DNA from: Vicugna vicugna
Taxonomy: Eukaryota
Length of the DNA: 64,000 nt
Reading direction: 5' to 3'
NCBI GenBank assembly: GCA_013265495.1
Contig: MU058000.1
Location: 2,790,001 to 2,854,000 of the forward strand
Shown: piece after piece, positions 51,795 to 64,000 of the stretch
Numbering within the stretch: position 1 is the stretch's first letter
Layout: the number at the start of each line of letters is the position of its first letter
Notes under the pieces: model-generated
The model's database searches: none
What the model saw: the letters and a program-made list of their open reading frames with translations, nothing else
Told to the model about the DNA's origin: nothing
Made by a program: the position numbers and the translations under genes

Positions 51795-54700
51795 TATTCC
51801 ATTCAGTTTATTTAAAATTTTTCCCTATTACTTAACAAGTTTCAAGTGATAAAAGAAAGTAAACAGCGCATATGTCCAATAAGGGGTCTATAATTTCTTT
51901 CTTGTTTTAATGTAATGTTCTAAAACCTCTTTCCACTTAAGAAGATACATTAAGCTTTGGCAAACATGCCCTTCCCTTTAATAAAGAAAAATAACATTTA
52001 TTGTACACTTATTTTATATGTGCCCCCAATTTTAACATGTTCTTGACAGAAAATAACTTCATTTTGATTGGACATCATGAAAATCAAACTCTCCCCTAAA
52101 ATTATACACATCTGATCCTTAAAAAAGTTTCAAACAGTTCAGCTTCTAATTCCACACACTTCAAATATGTAGCTGTCTCATTAAGCACATGCTTGCAGTG
52201 TCGGGCGCTATGGGACACATTTCTTTGCATCATGATAAGCATGAGCGAGTTCGACATAGTCAGCACTAACTATGCTTGAACCTACTGGGAACCAAATAAA
52301 CACCATGTCAATACATCAGACTGAATGCCTGGTCAAACTCACTTTCTCCTTTGCCAAGTCCTAAAATTGCCTATGATCACTCCAGTGGCACCTTCTGGAA
52401 AGGAAGTGTGACCTAGAGGAAGGCTGACTGTTAAAGGCTGAGGTTTTGACCAATCACAATGAAACCACCTTACCTTTCCAAAGTTTACTAAAGTGTGCTA
52501 TATGAACACTTTAGTAGAGCCTCTTCTGGGACCTCAAAGAGGACCTTACAAGTCAGTGTCTTTGGCTTCATGAAGTTCACAGAGAATCCGTGGTATAAAG
52601 TTGTTGCTAAAATACATGGTTACCGTTATTAAAGGGCAGAAAGAGTAAACACTGTGTTAAGCCTGCCTAAAGAGGAAGTGACAACCAGAGAGAAACTCAT
52701 ATACAGTACTTTTCATTTATAAACAGACTCCCTCTGGGGGTTTTGGTGGAGTGGAGTCTTCATTAATTACCTCTGTCCCCACTGAGGTCTACTATAGGAC
52801 CAGGCAATTCTCTAACATGGTGATTGAGACACAGCCCTGCCCTTCATGCAGCAGTGGCAGAAGCCAACCTCAGCATTCATGAAAAGTGGTGAAAAGAAAT
52901 AACAAAGCTCAGTAAATGGCGTGTGCTCTTAAAGACAAGGAAGAGTACATTAGCCAGACCTTCGAGCATCTTCTGCTGTTTAATCCATTTTTGTTTTCCT
53001 TGACGTTGACAAGTTGAAGGATTAAGTGCCTAATTCCAGTTGTTCTACAAGGCTTTGAAAAGACACCAGGGCACCAAATCTAAAAGCACTTTAAAAAAAA
53101 AAAAAAGGACTCAGTATAAATGACAGTTGTATGAAAAAGCGAATGATAAAATTACCATTCTCTTTTCAGTCTTAAATAATTTCACATGAATTTCAAACTC
53201 TAATTTTTTTATATCTTCACAGGATTTCCTACCAACCCCAACCCTCCACCAGCTTGCCCCACTTCATAGATAGAGATAATGAATGACATGAAATTAGATC
53301 ACCCGAATGATCATATTTGTGATATTTGTCAAAGTTAGAAAAGTTCAAATAATTGATTTTTAGAAATTAAAGCAATTCATCATACCTTTTTTCTTCTTTA
53401 ACAAATCAAAATCTTAATAGTATAAATTCAGTTATAGATCTGTGTCTGTGTCTGTGTCTGTGTGGTGGGTCTGATAGTTAAAGAAAACATTTAAAAGCTA
53501 CTTTAACCAGTATACACCGACTTAGAAATAATGTAATCTAATTGTAAACAAATGCAGAAATCTAGAAAACAATTCATAAATTAAATTTCTGCAGCAATCA
53601 TCAGAGACAGGATTTCTAATTCTGCTAGTGAAGGCAATACTATTTGTGTGACCACAAAATGTGGGAATTTTTTCCCATTGTAATACACGGGAAATAAATG
53701 TATGTTACATTCCTTCCCCCACCCAGAACATGGAAATAGAGATGGAAAAATAATTTAAACTCTAAAATTTCATCAGTAAACCAGAACATAATGCTACCCT
53801 TTAATTTATCTGCAAGGCTCCAACACTCTGATCATAGCCAAATTCAACTGTGTGTTTAACTGCTGAGGTGTGTTAAGAGATACAAAACAAATCCCTGAAA
53901 ATATTCAATCCCCAGAGTATTTCCTCTGACACACAGGAGATTTTATTTTTCAGTCTCTCTTGGCCTGTCTGCCCTACCAGTACACTTATACACATGCACA
54001 CGCCGTCACAAAGAATGGTATTTATGTGAGTTAGCTCACATCTTTAATTGAAATCTCTCCTCTCTTCCTGTTAACCATAGCATGGCCACCCACAATGCTT
54101 GTTCAATTCCAGAAGTTTCCTGCTCATTTAAGCAGGATCCTGGAGGCAGAATTCATGGGGGATTAACACTCTAAAGCATCCTTTCACCATGAATCTCCAG
54201 TCATTTTGCACATTTTAATTCATTCTTGGGAAGCCACAGACAGGAAGTTTGCTGCCATGCCTGTATTTCAGAAAGGTTCCCTTCGATAAGGAGAGATTCA
54301 AGCAGAGTGAGTAGGTTTAATTCAAGCATACCAAATCAAACGCTAGGCATTTTAAAAGATGGAATGTTTGAATTTTAACTTAAAAAATACTCTTTAAGAG
54401 AGGTATCATAAAAACCCCAAACAGGGATGTAATCAGCTTTTTCAAGTAAAGCACACACTCTGACAAATAGATGTTTTATTTCAATGACTGTGTTGATACA
54501 GGCTAAAAGAAGAAAGCCTCGATGGAAATGAAATCTGTTTATGATTAAAATATAAAATGTGTATTTTCTCATGTGACTTAGAATGTAAGGGTGAACAATC
54601 CTTTCATTATATGTATGAAAGAATATAACACACTGTAAATCTAAATGAAATGTAGTATATTTGTTTTATCCTCTCTCACAATCCATACCACAGAATATGT

Positions 54701-55699
54701 TTTCAAGTAAAACAAAACAAAACAAAGATGAATATATTATAAGGCATCTAATATATTGTGGGGTAATACTATCCTCTACACTTTTCCCTAGGGCATTAGA
54801 AATTTTGTTTAACATATGAGGATGTAGCCTCAGGAAGATTAGACTATGAATGTTAAAATCACCAACGGAGAACAGAGTGCTTCGGCTTGAGAAGGTTGTA
54901 CACCTTGTCAACTTCCGGTCACTGACCACAGCAGCTGAAATCCAATTGATTTTAAAGATAAACGTCTTCAGGAAGTAACCCACTACTCTGAAGTGACTTC
55001 TCTCCTCTTTCATAATTCAAATTGGAAAAATGTATAAAGGAGGCTGAAGGAAATGATCAATAAAAATAGTTATATTTGAGTAGGTTTTCAATTATAATTA
55101 GAGAATTTTTAAAAGGAGAAAGAGAAATTAGATTTTTTTCCTGAGTTACAAGAAGAGAAAATGTTTAAATAAATAGGGTACATACACATTTGTGCGTGTG
55201 TGTTTGTGGGTGTGTCTCACAATCACGTTATAAGCAAATTAACACAAACTATAGCATGAAAGCCTGATTCAGTTCAAGTGATTATAAGCCACGATTTTAG
55301 GCTATCTTTAAATATGGTCACACAGGCTTATACAGCAACAGCTATCCATTTCTAACCTTGTAACCTTTCAATGCCAATTTGAGAGATTAATTAAAATAAA
55401 CAAATTTTATAAAAAATACAGCTTGGTTAAGTTGTATATGTATATGTTTATATATATTCAAGTTTTTAGAATATTTACAGGATTATGCAAACATTGCCCC
55501 AGTCAATTATCAAAAATTTTCATCCCCTTGAAAAGAAATCCTGTATCCCTTAGCAGTTTCAACCAATAAATGTATTTAAACTGGTTTATGTGTATTCCTG
55601 CTTTTTCATCTCTCAATTTGGACCATTCAAGACTGCTCACCATGCATCCTTTGTCATTCCTTCTTTTCTTGAGCAAGAGATGGTGGGATGTCACAATAT

Positions 55700-55935
55700 G
55701 GTGGTTGGTTTACATCTCTGCAGCCAGTCTTTGTTTAAACCCTGGCTTCATTCTGTACAAGTCTGGCCTCTCTGACAAATTACTGAACCTGTGCGTACGT
55801 CAGCTTTCTCATCCACAGAATGAGGATGAAGGTAATAACAGTAACATATTAATAGTAATAAATAGATCACAGTATTATTGGGAGGATTAAATAAGAAATG
55901 TAAAGTGTTTGAGGAGGTCCTAGTGTATATGCTAG
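55700..55935 (+). mobile_element. MIR SINE
   Basis: gtttaaaccctggcttca...acaaattactgaacct...tcagctttctcatccacagaatgagga...gggaggattaaat...tgtaaagtg follows the MIR consensus. Confidence 0.65.
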
Positions 55936-58900
55936 CCATTTTCATCCATGCAATAGTTTTCAATCGTGATCTGTCAAGAAAAAAATAGTTATTTTATCAG
56001 GTTTCTGCAATAATAGATAAAGCTGGAAAGGGAAAAGTCATCTGTTTCAAATTTATGGATTTTTTTAAATGTGAAAAAAAGATAAACTAATTTTCTCAGT
56101 AGGATATGTGAACTAATTCAGAGTTCTTTTTGAATTCTTTAAATTATGCTGAAAGTAGATAGTAATTGAAAGGAGTATTTTTATGCCCTTCTATTTAGTT
56201 TATGACTCAGAAACATATGAATGATAACAATTAAAGTCAGAAGTATCCATTCCCAATGCAGATAAATGCTGTGTTTGGAGAACCAGTCAACATATATTTA
56301 GTGTGAACTGACGGTGAGTTGCTGGTCATAAAGCCAGTCGCTAGGATGATCCTCAGGTGGATCAAATTAACTGCATCCGGTAGGACGTCCGTCACTGCTG
56401 GAATGCCCACGTTTGTGTATAATATGTTGCCTTTGGAAGCCAGAAGATGTCTCCGCGAGGTCCCACCCGCAGCAGACACGACGCTGAGCCCAGCCCCTCT
56501 TCCCACTTCACACCAGCGTGAACTCACTGAACTTTGGTTGAACTTTCCTGCTCAGTCAAGTACATTCTTAATGCCGTCTACTCTACTTAAGCCTAATTTG
56601 TATTTTATTTCACAACCCTACCATTTAACACAAGCCCATCAGGATTGATTTTGGGGCAGCAGCTAATCTGAAACCTAAATGACACTCATTCCACCAACAA
56701 TACGATTTCTGTTTCCTTAGGAAAAGCGAACAGGCAAGCATCTTTCTTTTACTCTCCATTTCTGAATTGCTATCTTCTGTTACAGTACAAAACTGCTAAC
56801 ATATCGGTTTTGCAATTTTTTAAACTTTTTTTTTTATTTTATGAAGAGAATCATTTATTCCTTCAACAACCTATAACTGGGAGAATATGGCCAATATTGT
56901 CCATCTCCCAGAAATAACATTCACATGTAAAGACTCACCAGGAGTGCATTTTTGCAGACTTGGCTATGACAGATTACATGTGAAGGCAACTTTCTTGTCA
57001 AATAAGAGGGTAACATGCCTAAGAGATTTACAAATTTTTATTTAAAAAAAAGATTCTTTGCATACCAAAATACAGGCTTCCATTAACCCAATTGTAGGGA
57101 AGATAAATCTTAGCAGGGCAATTATTTCTTGAAGTTCAGATGGCCACACATAAATTCTTTCCTTGGATTCAGCACATTTTTTAGTTATCTGCTAGGAACA
57201 TTAAGTCCTTCACTATAGAGCAGCCTTTGGGGGAGGAAAGGGGGGCATTCTTTTCTCTTCAAACGTATTTCAACTTTATTGTGTTTGGATAGACTTTTGG
57301 AATAGTTGCCACTTGTTTCCAAAGTGCTTCTGGAAACTGACTCCTAATTAAATATAAATTGCAAAGAATAAAAGTATTCTATAAAGGATATAAAACTTTA
57401 GGCTTGAATTTAAGCAGTATGCTGTGAGTAGAATTCTTAGGCTGAATCCTCTTGCGGAATAAATATTATGCATAGTATATTCAAGGCACTGCAGAAGACA
57501 CACAATAAAAAAAATAGAACTTTTTCTCTACGATTTCTAGAACTTTAGGGCAGATAGCAACAATCATTGTTATTTGCTAAGCACTTGTCACTGTGGGTTA
57601 CACAGGTAAGACATCCACCTGAGTACACAACAGCATTTGTACACAGTAGACCTTAGCGCAGGTCAAATCATTTTATTGAGCAACTAGTATGTAACCAGCA
57701 CCGTGAATGTTAGTAGTGGCGACTGACAAGATTCTGCTTTCATAGGCCATGCACTAAGTGTTTTAAAGAAATAAACCAGCTCCCATGTTGTGAATTTCAG
57801 AGAAGAAAAGGACTATTTCGTTCTGTGTGGATGAGCTAGCATCTGAAGAAAGACTTGAGTTTGGGAATGAAGATATGAAGAAGGATAAAATCAAGACACC
57901 TAAGTTACTGTCATCTTGAGGTCAAGAAAGAGGCTACCTAAGGATGGAGAACTTTTGTTAAAAGCTTGAGGTTTACACTTCTTATTCTTAAAAATCTTCT
58001 AAGTTACTAATTCCAGCCAGGATCATATACAGAAGTATTAAAATAAGATAATAAAGCTATTTTTGATTATATTTATAGGCTGACTGAAACTAAGAGAGAG
58101 GGAAAAGCAATTTAAGTCAAACGAACCCAGAATGACCTGAGAGATTGCCAACCTTCAATTACCACTGCAAGGCTGTCCATGTACAATCCATGCATATTCC
58201 CAATGCAGCCAAAATAAGCCTGAAAAATATGGTGTGGTTTAGAAATTGCTAGAGCAAAAGGGGCTAAAAGAGTATAATGGGATTGTTTGCCTTCTACATT
58301 CTGAATAATATAGTTCTGATTCCTAGGGAATCATCCAAAAGATTATGGGGAGTATGTACACCTGTGATCAAGGATGCAGTAGCAGACACTCTATGGCCCC
58401 TCAATAGATACTTTTTGGTTATTGAGAATGTTTGCTGCAGAACGTGGCCCTAAAGGGAAGTGTTTTGTTTGGAATAAAGGTTAAAAAAAACTCTATATTT
58501 TTTGGAAATCATCTGTTTTTCTTAACCTGTTTCTTGGGGGTTTTTCAGTTTCCCCTCAATTTTCATTGATTTTTGAAAACTGATCTTCAATTAAATCCTT
58601 TCTTCTGAATAACTGTTAGGAAGACCTGGAAACTAGAGGGAAGAGAGATGCTATCTGTTCACTCCAGGGATGGCTTCATGTCAGTGGCAAAGTGATTCCC
58701 ATCTATGGAGCTGGAAGATTCATTGGGATAGGCAGCCCTGTGTAATTGCAAGTGTAAGTGCTATGATAATTATTGTAATTACTATTATTGAAATGATGTG
58801 GGTCTCCTACGGCAAGGAATGAGTTTCTGAGTAATGGAAATGATTTTATAATCCAGCAGGGCAGAAGTCATTTAGCTGTCTATCTGCCTCAACTCTCTAA

Positions 58901-60377
58901 TCACCACAAAGGCAACATCTGAAGAATCAGCCAAACCTCTCAACTTAGAAAAGTTTTGCAGAAGTGTATTCTCTTTGAATCGATGTGGGTATGTTCTTGA
59001 CGTTAACTTCTGAATGCCAGACCACAGTTCCCTTTGTGTTGTTGCTTTTCATTAGTATTATTTTTTTTAATTATTATGACTACAAGAACATTACACAAAG
59101 TAAATGTGAAATACAGTTCCCCACAGCGAGGTAGCCATGCATGTTTGCTTTCTTGACTTATTAACAACCAATCATCTTGAAGAAAAGGATGAAAAAAAAA
59201 TCTAGGTTTCTTCTGGGTGCATTAAGATCATCCCTGAGGCTCTAAGTCCTTGTGGGTAGGATTTCTGTTTCTCAAATTTCAATGTAAGTAAACCTTCAGA
59301 AACCCTTCCAGCCATTTATAAGCGCTGATAATCCCTGTACTAAGGATAATAGAGTAAGAATCCCGTTGTTGGATCCACAGGATAAAAAGGGTTTGCGGAC
59401 TTGTGTAGATCTAAGGTGTAGAAAATGCAGTTACCCTCTATTTAGACTAAAGCACATATCCCTCCCGGACATAGCCCTGCAACTGGGCTTAAGGGAAGCA
59501 GCACAAAATAATACTTGAAGATGGTGCATGTATATAAACAAACAATAAACTAGCCCATTATCCCAATTTGAAATCTGATATCAAATATCCTTTCTAGTAC
59601 GGTGTTCTTTTTAGCCTCGCTGAATAAATGTGACCGAGCAAATTAAGTAAAATATTTAAGAAAACAGAGGAATGACAAAAAAATCACACGATCATTTGGA
59701 AACACTTCTGCATATCTTTCTTAAAAAATACCAGTTTTCACCATCCAATCATTAAAGCAGTAGAAATGGTATCATGTTTGCCGTTAGCTTTTTCACTAAG
59801 AAGTGACCAAAAGTACTATTATTATAAAACAAAACAAAATAAAAATCCCTGCAGTGACTGTAAAATTCATAATTCTTTTCTTAAAGGAAACGTGATTTTG
59901 AACAGATACTGTTAATATTATGTAGGCTTTCTAGCCCATGTTTCTCTTCATCTGTGAGAAGAGAAGAGTCTTTTTTCTCTTTCCACAAGCAGCAATTAGA
60001 TCATTTTTGTTTGGTGCATCATTAGTGATAGATAAGGGTAATGGAGCGCTACTTTGAGACAATCTACAGTCCATCAAAGAATCAAGAGAAAACTAGTAAA
60101 TTGCAGACACTTACAGTCCTTTCTTTGAGTAAGCCATTTAGTGAGAATGTGCATTAAACTCTAATTCCCATCATTTCTAGAGTCAAATATCCATGGGGGG
60201 GAACAAAAGTCCCTGAAATGCCTTGGCATTTTCTGTTTCCATAAATATTTAGCAGTGCATCAAAATGCATTCCCTCAAAATCTTCCTTCTCCTTTGTTTT
60301 CCTTCCCACTTGCAAAAGTTGACACTTTCTGAGTACATTTGTACAATCATCTTATGCAACTGCCACACCATTTTCTT

Positions 60378-60546
60378 TTTATATATATATATTTTTTTGT
60401 TTATTATTTAATTATTTAATTTTTGCAGGGTTTGGGGGGAAGGTAATTAGATTCATTTATTTTTAGAGGAGGTACTGGGGATTGAACCCAGGACCTCGTG
60501 CATACGAAGTATGCCCCCTGCCACTTGAGCTATACTCTCCCCACAT
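60378..60546 (-). mobile_element. Camelid tRNA-derived SINE (vic-1-like)
   Basis: The minus strand reads GGGGAGAGTATAGCTCAAGTGGCAGGGGGCATACTTCGTATGCACGAGGTCCTGGGTTCAATCCCCAGTACCTCCTCTAAAAATAAAT...TAATTACC plus an A-rich tail. Pol III A and B boxes are present, and there is a 15 bp TSD at 60363-60377 / 60547-60561. Confidence 0.85.
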
Positions 60547-62229
60547 CCATGCCATTTTCTTGAAGACAAATTGTCCTGGGCAAGTCAGTCGAAATTCGGA
60601 GAGAAAAAAATAAAACATTAATCAACAAAAACGTTTGTTTTGGAAAGCTAATCCATAGCAAATAAACATAAGAGAGTGATGTCCTACCTCCCTTCCCTTT
60701 CCTGCTCATCTAAAAGTAAGAAGTGCTAAATGATCTTCACTGCATTTAAAAACAGAACGAACAAACAAGAAAAGGAACACCATCATCTCAGCTTTAAGCA
60801 GCTCTTTCCCGTTAATGAAATTCTTATAAACCCCAAGGAAAGTGAAAACAAAACACAAACCTGAATCTAAAGGCAATTGAACCATAAAAGTCCACATTGC
60901 TTTAGATTTTCAATTTTTTCTTCCTTGGAAAGTGATTACTAAATCTATTATTGTTTAGTACTTTGAGTACATCACAAACTACTTTACAGTCTGCAAAGAT
61001 ATTAACTGATACATATTTTATTGACAACAGAGACCACTAAGTCATCTTCGTGGATACGCAGCCATTGTATTATTGTTCAGGTTAAAGAGAGGACGTCGTG
61101 AAGCTGAGTTAGTAACAGGACTTCAAGGCCAGGGTCGGGGCTGCCCCACTAGACCACTCAGATTTGGCCTTCTGTGATCTCCAACATGACTCCACCTTCA
61201 TCCTTCTCACAGACAAATGCTAACATCCTTTGTTCTTCATCGTGCTCTTCAAGACCCACAAAACTCATTTTCAGCCATTGCAGTATTGTGATAATTATAT
61301 TTTTGGTCTGCCTATTCTTCCAATAAGCAGCTCAAACTTCACAAATCCTTGTTACTAACAATTCCTTTGTCTTTAATATTTCCTATTCATAATCTTCCTT
61401 TTATCCTGACCCAGCTTCAAACTAAACAGAATAAGTTCTGATCTTTCCTACCTGTGAATTAATTTGTCTTCATAGAATGTACCAGACTGTCTCTCCTGCA
61501 AATCTAGCAGTTAAGAGACTTTTCCATAAACTGGAACATCTCTGCCAAGGTTTAGAGAAAGAGAGGTTTGGGTGGCTGTCTCAGCTCAGACTAGTTCACG
61601 GTATGCATTTCAAGGAGGCATTAAATCTTTGAGTTTCTGTGTTCTCATTTGCAAAACTATTTTTTTTAATTTACCTTATGTATTAAAGAAATGTGCACAA
61701 TAGTGATTGTTATCCTTCTCAGCACCCCTCACCTCTTCCTTTGGACACTTCTATAAGTACAAAGTCCTATGCGTTTCACTGGAAGCTCTGGGTGTCGAGA
61801 AGTCCCTGAGTGAAAGTTCTTGCAAAAGGTACCGTGGTGTCTCCCTTATGGAAACAGGATTCATGGTGCAAAATAAAGCATTATTCTGTTTGTTTTCTGC
61901 ATATTTTTCAAAATAGGTTATCAGGATGCTGGAGGAAACAAGCTAACACGGAGGAATCTAGTTCATCTCTTATTAGCCTCTCCCTTTCTGTCTGCCCCAA
62001 ATACATGGGGCCTCCTTGCCGTAAATAGAACCCCCACCATATGCTGCTGCTACGGGGTCTCGCAAGAGCTGTTTTTCCTCCCTCCTGGCTATTTCCCAGA
62101 CACACCGTGGGTCCGACTCCCTCCACTTTCTCATTATTTAAACTCATTTTTAAACTGTTGTGCACTAGGATGCTCTTACTTCAAAACAGCTACTGCATCA
62201 CTCTCTTTTACCGCTAGACAGCATTTCTC

Positions 62230-62400
62230 CCTTCATCCCATGATGCCTATTGTCCTGCTGATTTTGTGTATTTCCTGTCTGCCTGCCTGCGGCACTGCTG
62301 GCATTATCAGCGCCAATCAGGGAGGGTTTTAAGTCCATGCTGTGCCTAGAACAGGGCTGGGCACCTTAGGGGCTCAGTAACAACTCGTGGACGATCCAAC
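62230..62400 (+). mobile_element. L2 3'-end fragment
   Basis: gtgcctagaacagggctgggcaccttaggggctcagtaa resembles the L2 3' terminus. Confidence 0.55.
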
Positions 62401-62631
62401 TAAATTAGACATACCTAACTAAACAGGTTGACTGATGAAGGAAATTCTAGGACTAGGGGTCTGTCTTGCAGCCTTTTAGACCTAGATTCAGCTAAACTCA
62501 ATGGATTTCTTCAAACATTCCAAATAAACAGAAATAAAGCATTGAAAATATCTATTGCCTGATGGATGTTTTTCCTTCTCTTGAAGGCCAAAAATTTAAA
62601 TTAAATCAAGTTTAATTTAATTTAGAAGTAC

Positions 62632-62725
62632 TAAGAAAAGAAATATATGTATATATATGCATGACTGGGACATTATACTGTACGGCAGAAGCTGACACAT
62701 TGTAACTGACTATACTTCAATTTTT
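62632..62725 (+). mobile_element. Short lineage-specific L1 3' end
   Basis: gaaaagaaatatatgtatatatatgcatgactgggacattatactgtacggcagaagctgacacattgtaactgactatacttcaatt matches the L1 3' end. Confidence 0.85.
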
Positions 62726-64000
62726 AAAGTATACTGAAGTAATATGGGCATACAAATAAAAACAATTCCATCAGCTTATAATAGAGAGGAGATATGCTAG
62801 TTAAATTCACCAAAGAGGCAAATAGACCACTCCTTAAAAATTACTTTTGTGCTCTTTATAAATTTATTATCTACTCATAGTTATGTACCTACTCTTATTT
62901 CTTCAGCTACAAGAGTTAAGGGAAATACCCACACCCAAAACCCCACTGTGTTTCTTTAGATATTATTTATCGTTTATGATAAAAATAATCTCTAAAGATC
63001 GCTTCATATTCAAGTATTCCTGGGCATTATGAAAATTGTTTGTTTTGATTTTTCGCTTTAAAAAATTATGCTGCCTTTAATGGCACTCTGGCTAGTGGGA
63101 TCTTCACACTAATTCCATGCACACAAGGAGAAGAATGAAATGGAAATAATGACTCATGATAGTAATTTGTAGCTCACTGTGAAGTCTCTTGGCAGGATGT
63201 GTGTTCTTGTATCCCATAAACAGAGTTAAAAGCCGCATTGTATTCATATCCAGAGGGACCTAACTAATGTATTAGCAAATTATAATAATGGGAAAAATGG
63301 AAAAAGAGGGCTAATGTTGGCAACTGAGAATCACAGAAATGAGAGGAGAAATGCCCGTTATATGTTGGTTTCTAGACTAATGGGTGCTCAAGTTAGCTAA
63401 CAATAGGCAAATTACTTGAATATAGCAATAGTTGAATTTTGAAAGCCAATTAATCTAAAGAACCCTTTTAAGCTTGAGTTACTTACCATTAAGTGTAGGG
63501 CACTGTAAGTTTTGATGCCCTGTGGTTTCTTCGATCATTAAAGATGAAAAGTGCTTAAAAATCAATAGGACATATTGGTCTCATTATGCTTTCTGATCCA
63601 TGGCTAGAAATACTGATGGTATTACTATTACAGCTTTAATTACATTTATTCATTCATCATAGTGCTATATACAGGTGTGAATAGAATGTGTCTGAAAAAC
63701 ATAAATAGAAAAGACTGGAATATAATCTTAAATAGCACCAAGACAAAGATATTTACTGTTCTTCTCCAGGCTCACGGCTCATGCCATCTGACAAATCAGG
63801 AACCTCACTCGTTGCCTGGTTTGAGGAAGCATAAACTCGTGTTGGTCCCAATGTTGCCTGGGGAACGATGCTGACGGAGTACACACTCTTTCCTTTTTCT
63901 CTAAACTATGTGCATTCTCACATGTAGCTTCCACTCATTCTTTCCTGCCTTGTGGTCATTAAAGCTGTCCACAAATATTTGATTCTTTATCTTCTTTTGG

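Larger units (their letters stand above)
50749..52595. mobile_element. hAT-Tip100 DNA transposon remnant (Zaphod-like)
   Basis: The left end reads cagatccaggtttttgggagcctgaagcttataaaattttgga...tttaagaaaaaga and the right end reads gcttcatgaagttcac..agaatccg. It is interrupted by a (TG)n repeat and a young L1 end. Confidence 0.55.

Noticed and set aside
53082..53111. aaaagcact/aaaaggact around an A-run, a possible tail-only insertion
   Set aside because: The duplication is only 9 bp, imperfect and A-rich, so it cannot be distinguished from chance.
53585..53610. Minus-strand CTGATGA-ttgctgca-GAAA, hammerhead-like spacing
   Set aside because: The 8 nt spacer cannot form stem II with the required purine-pyrimidine closing pair, and I could not find stems I and III.
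54666..55013. Minus ORF containing VGDFNIH, like the APE endonuclease GDFN motif
   Set aside because: The motif is isolated with no other endonuclease motifs in frame. It is at best an unconfirmable LINE fossil.
60470..60545. tRNA-like sequence with A and B boxes
   Set aside because: It is the head of a SINE with a tail and TSD, and it is mutated, so it is not a functional tRNA gene.
63949..63964. cttgtggtcattaaag recalls part of the AmnSINE1 consensus
   Set aside because: It is only 16 bp at the window edge, and the flanks do not continue the match.
1..64000. Prokaryotic-type systems (CRISPR, operons, defence loci) or non-retroviral endogenous viral genes
   Set aside because: There are no regularly spaced repeats, no long ORFs and no recognisable viral proteins. 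Composition and repeats are those of mammalian non-coding DNA.

Overview
This is AT-rich, CpG-depleted mammalian non-coding DNA, very probably from a camelid (alpaca, vicuna or camel). The assignment rests on a tRNA-derived SINE resembling the camelid vic-1 family at ~60378-60546 and on many cetartiodactyl-type L1 3' ends. I found no protein-coding exon, functional RNA gene, CRISPR array or prokaryotic system that I can support. The supplied ORFs are short and look like chance or repeat-derived frames. Much of the window is decayed transposons: MIR, L2, CR1/L3, old L1M, MaLR/ERVL/ERV1 solo LTRs, hAT DNA transposons and eight short lineage-specific L1 3' ends. Between them lie repeat-poor unique blocks that look like regulatory or conserved non-coding DNA, consistent with a gene desert or a very large intron. 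The best-supported unusual signals are (1) an L1 insertion carrying an apparent ~120 bp 3' transduction inside one target-site duplication (TSD) at 9078-9486, (2) an 84 bp templated insertion copied from 3.2 kb upstream and flanked by a 13 bp duplication at 41477-41585, and (3) a CpG-retaining unique element at ~25600-26130 that can fold into a small GNRA-capped three-way junction. Repeat family names come from recalled consensus sequences, and boundaries are approximate unless a TSD is given. I see no convincing evidence for a wholly new biological system.
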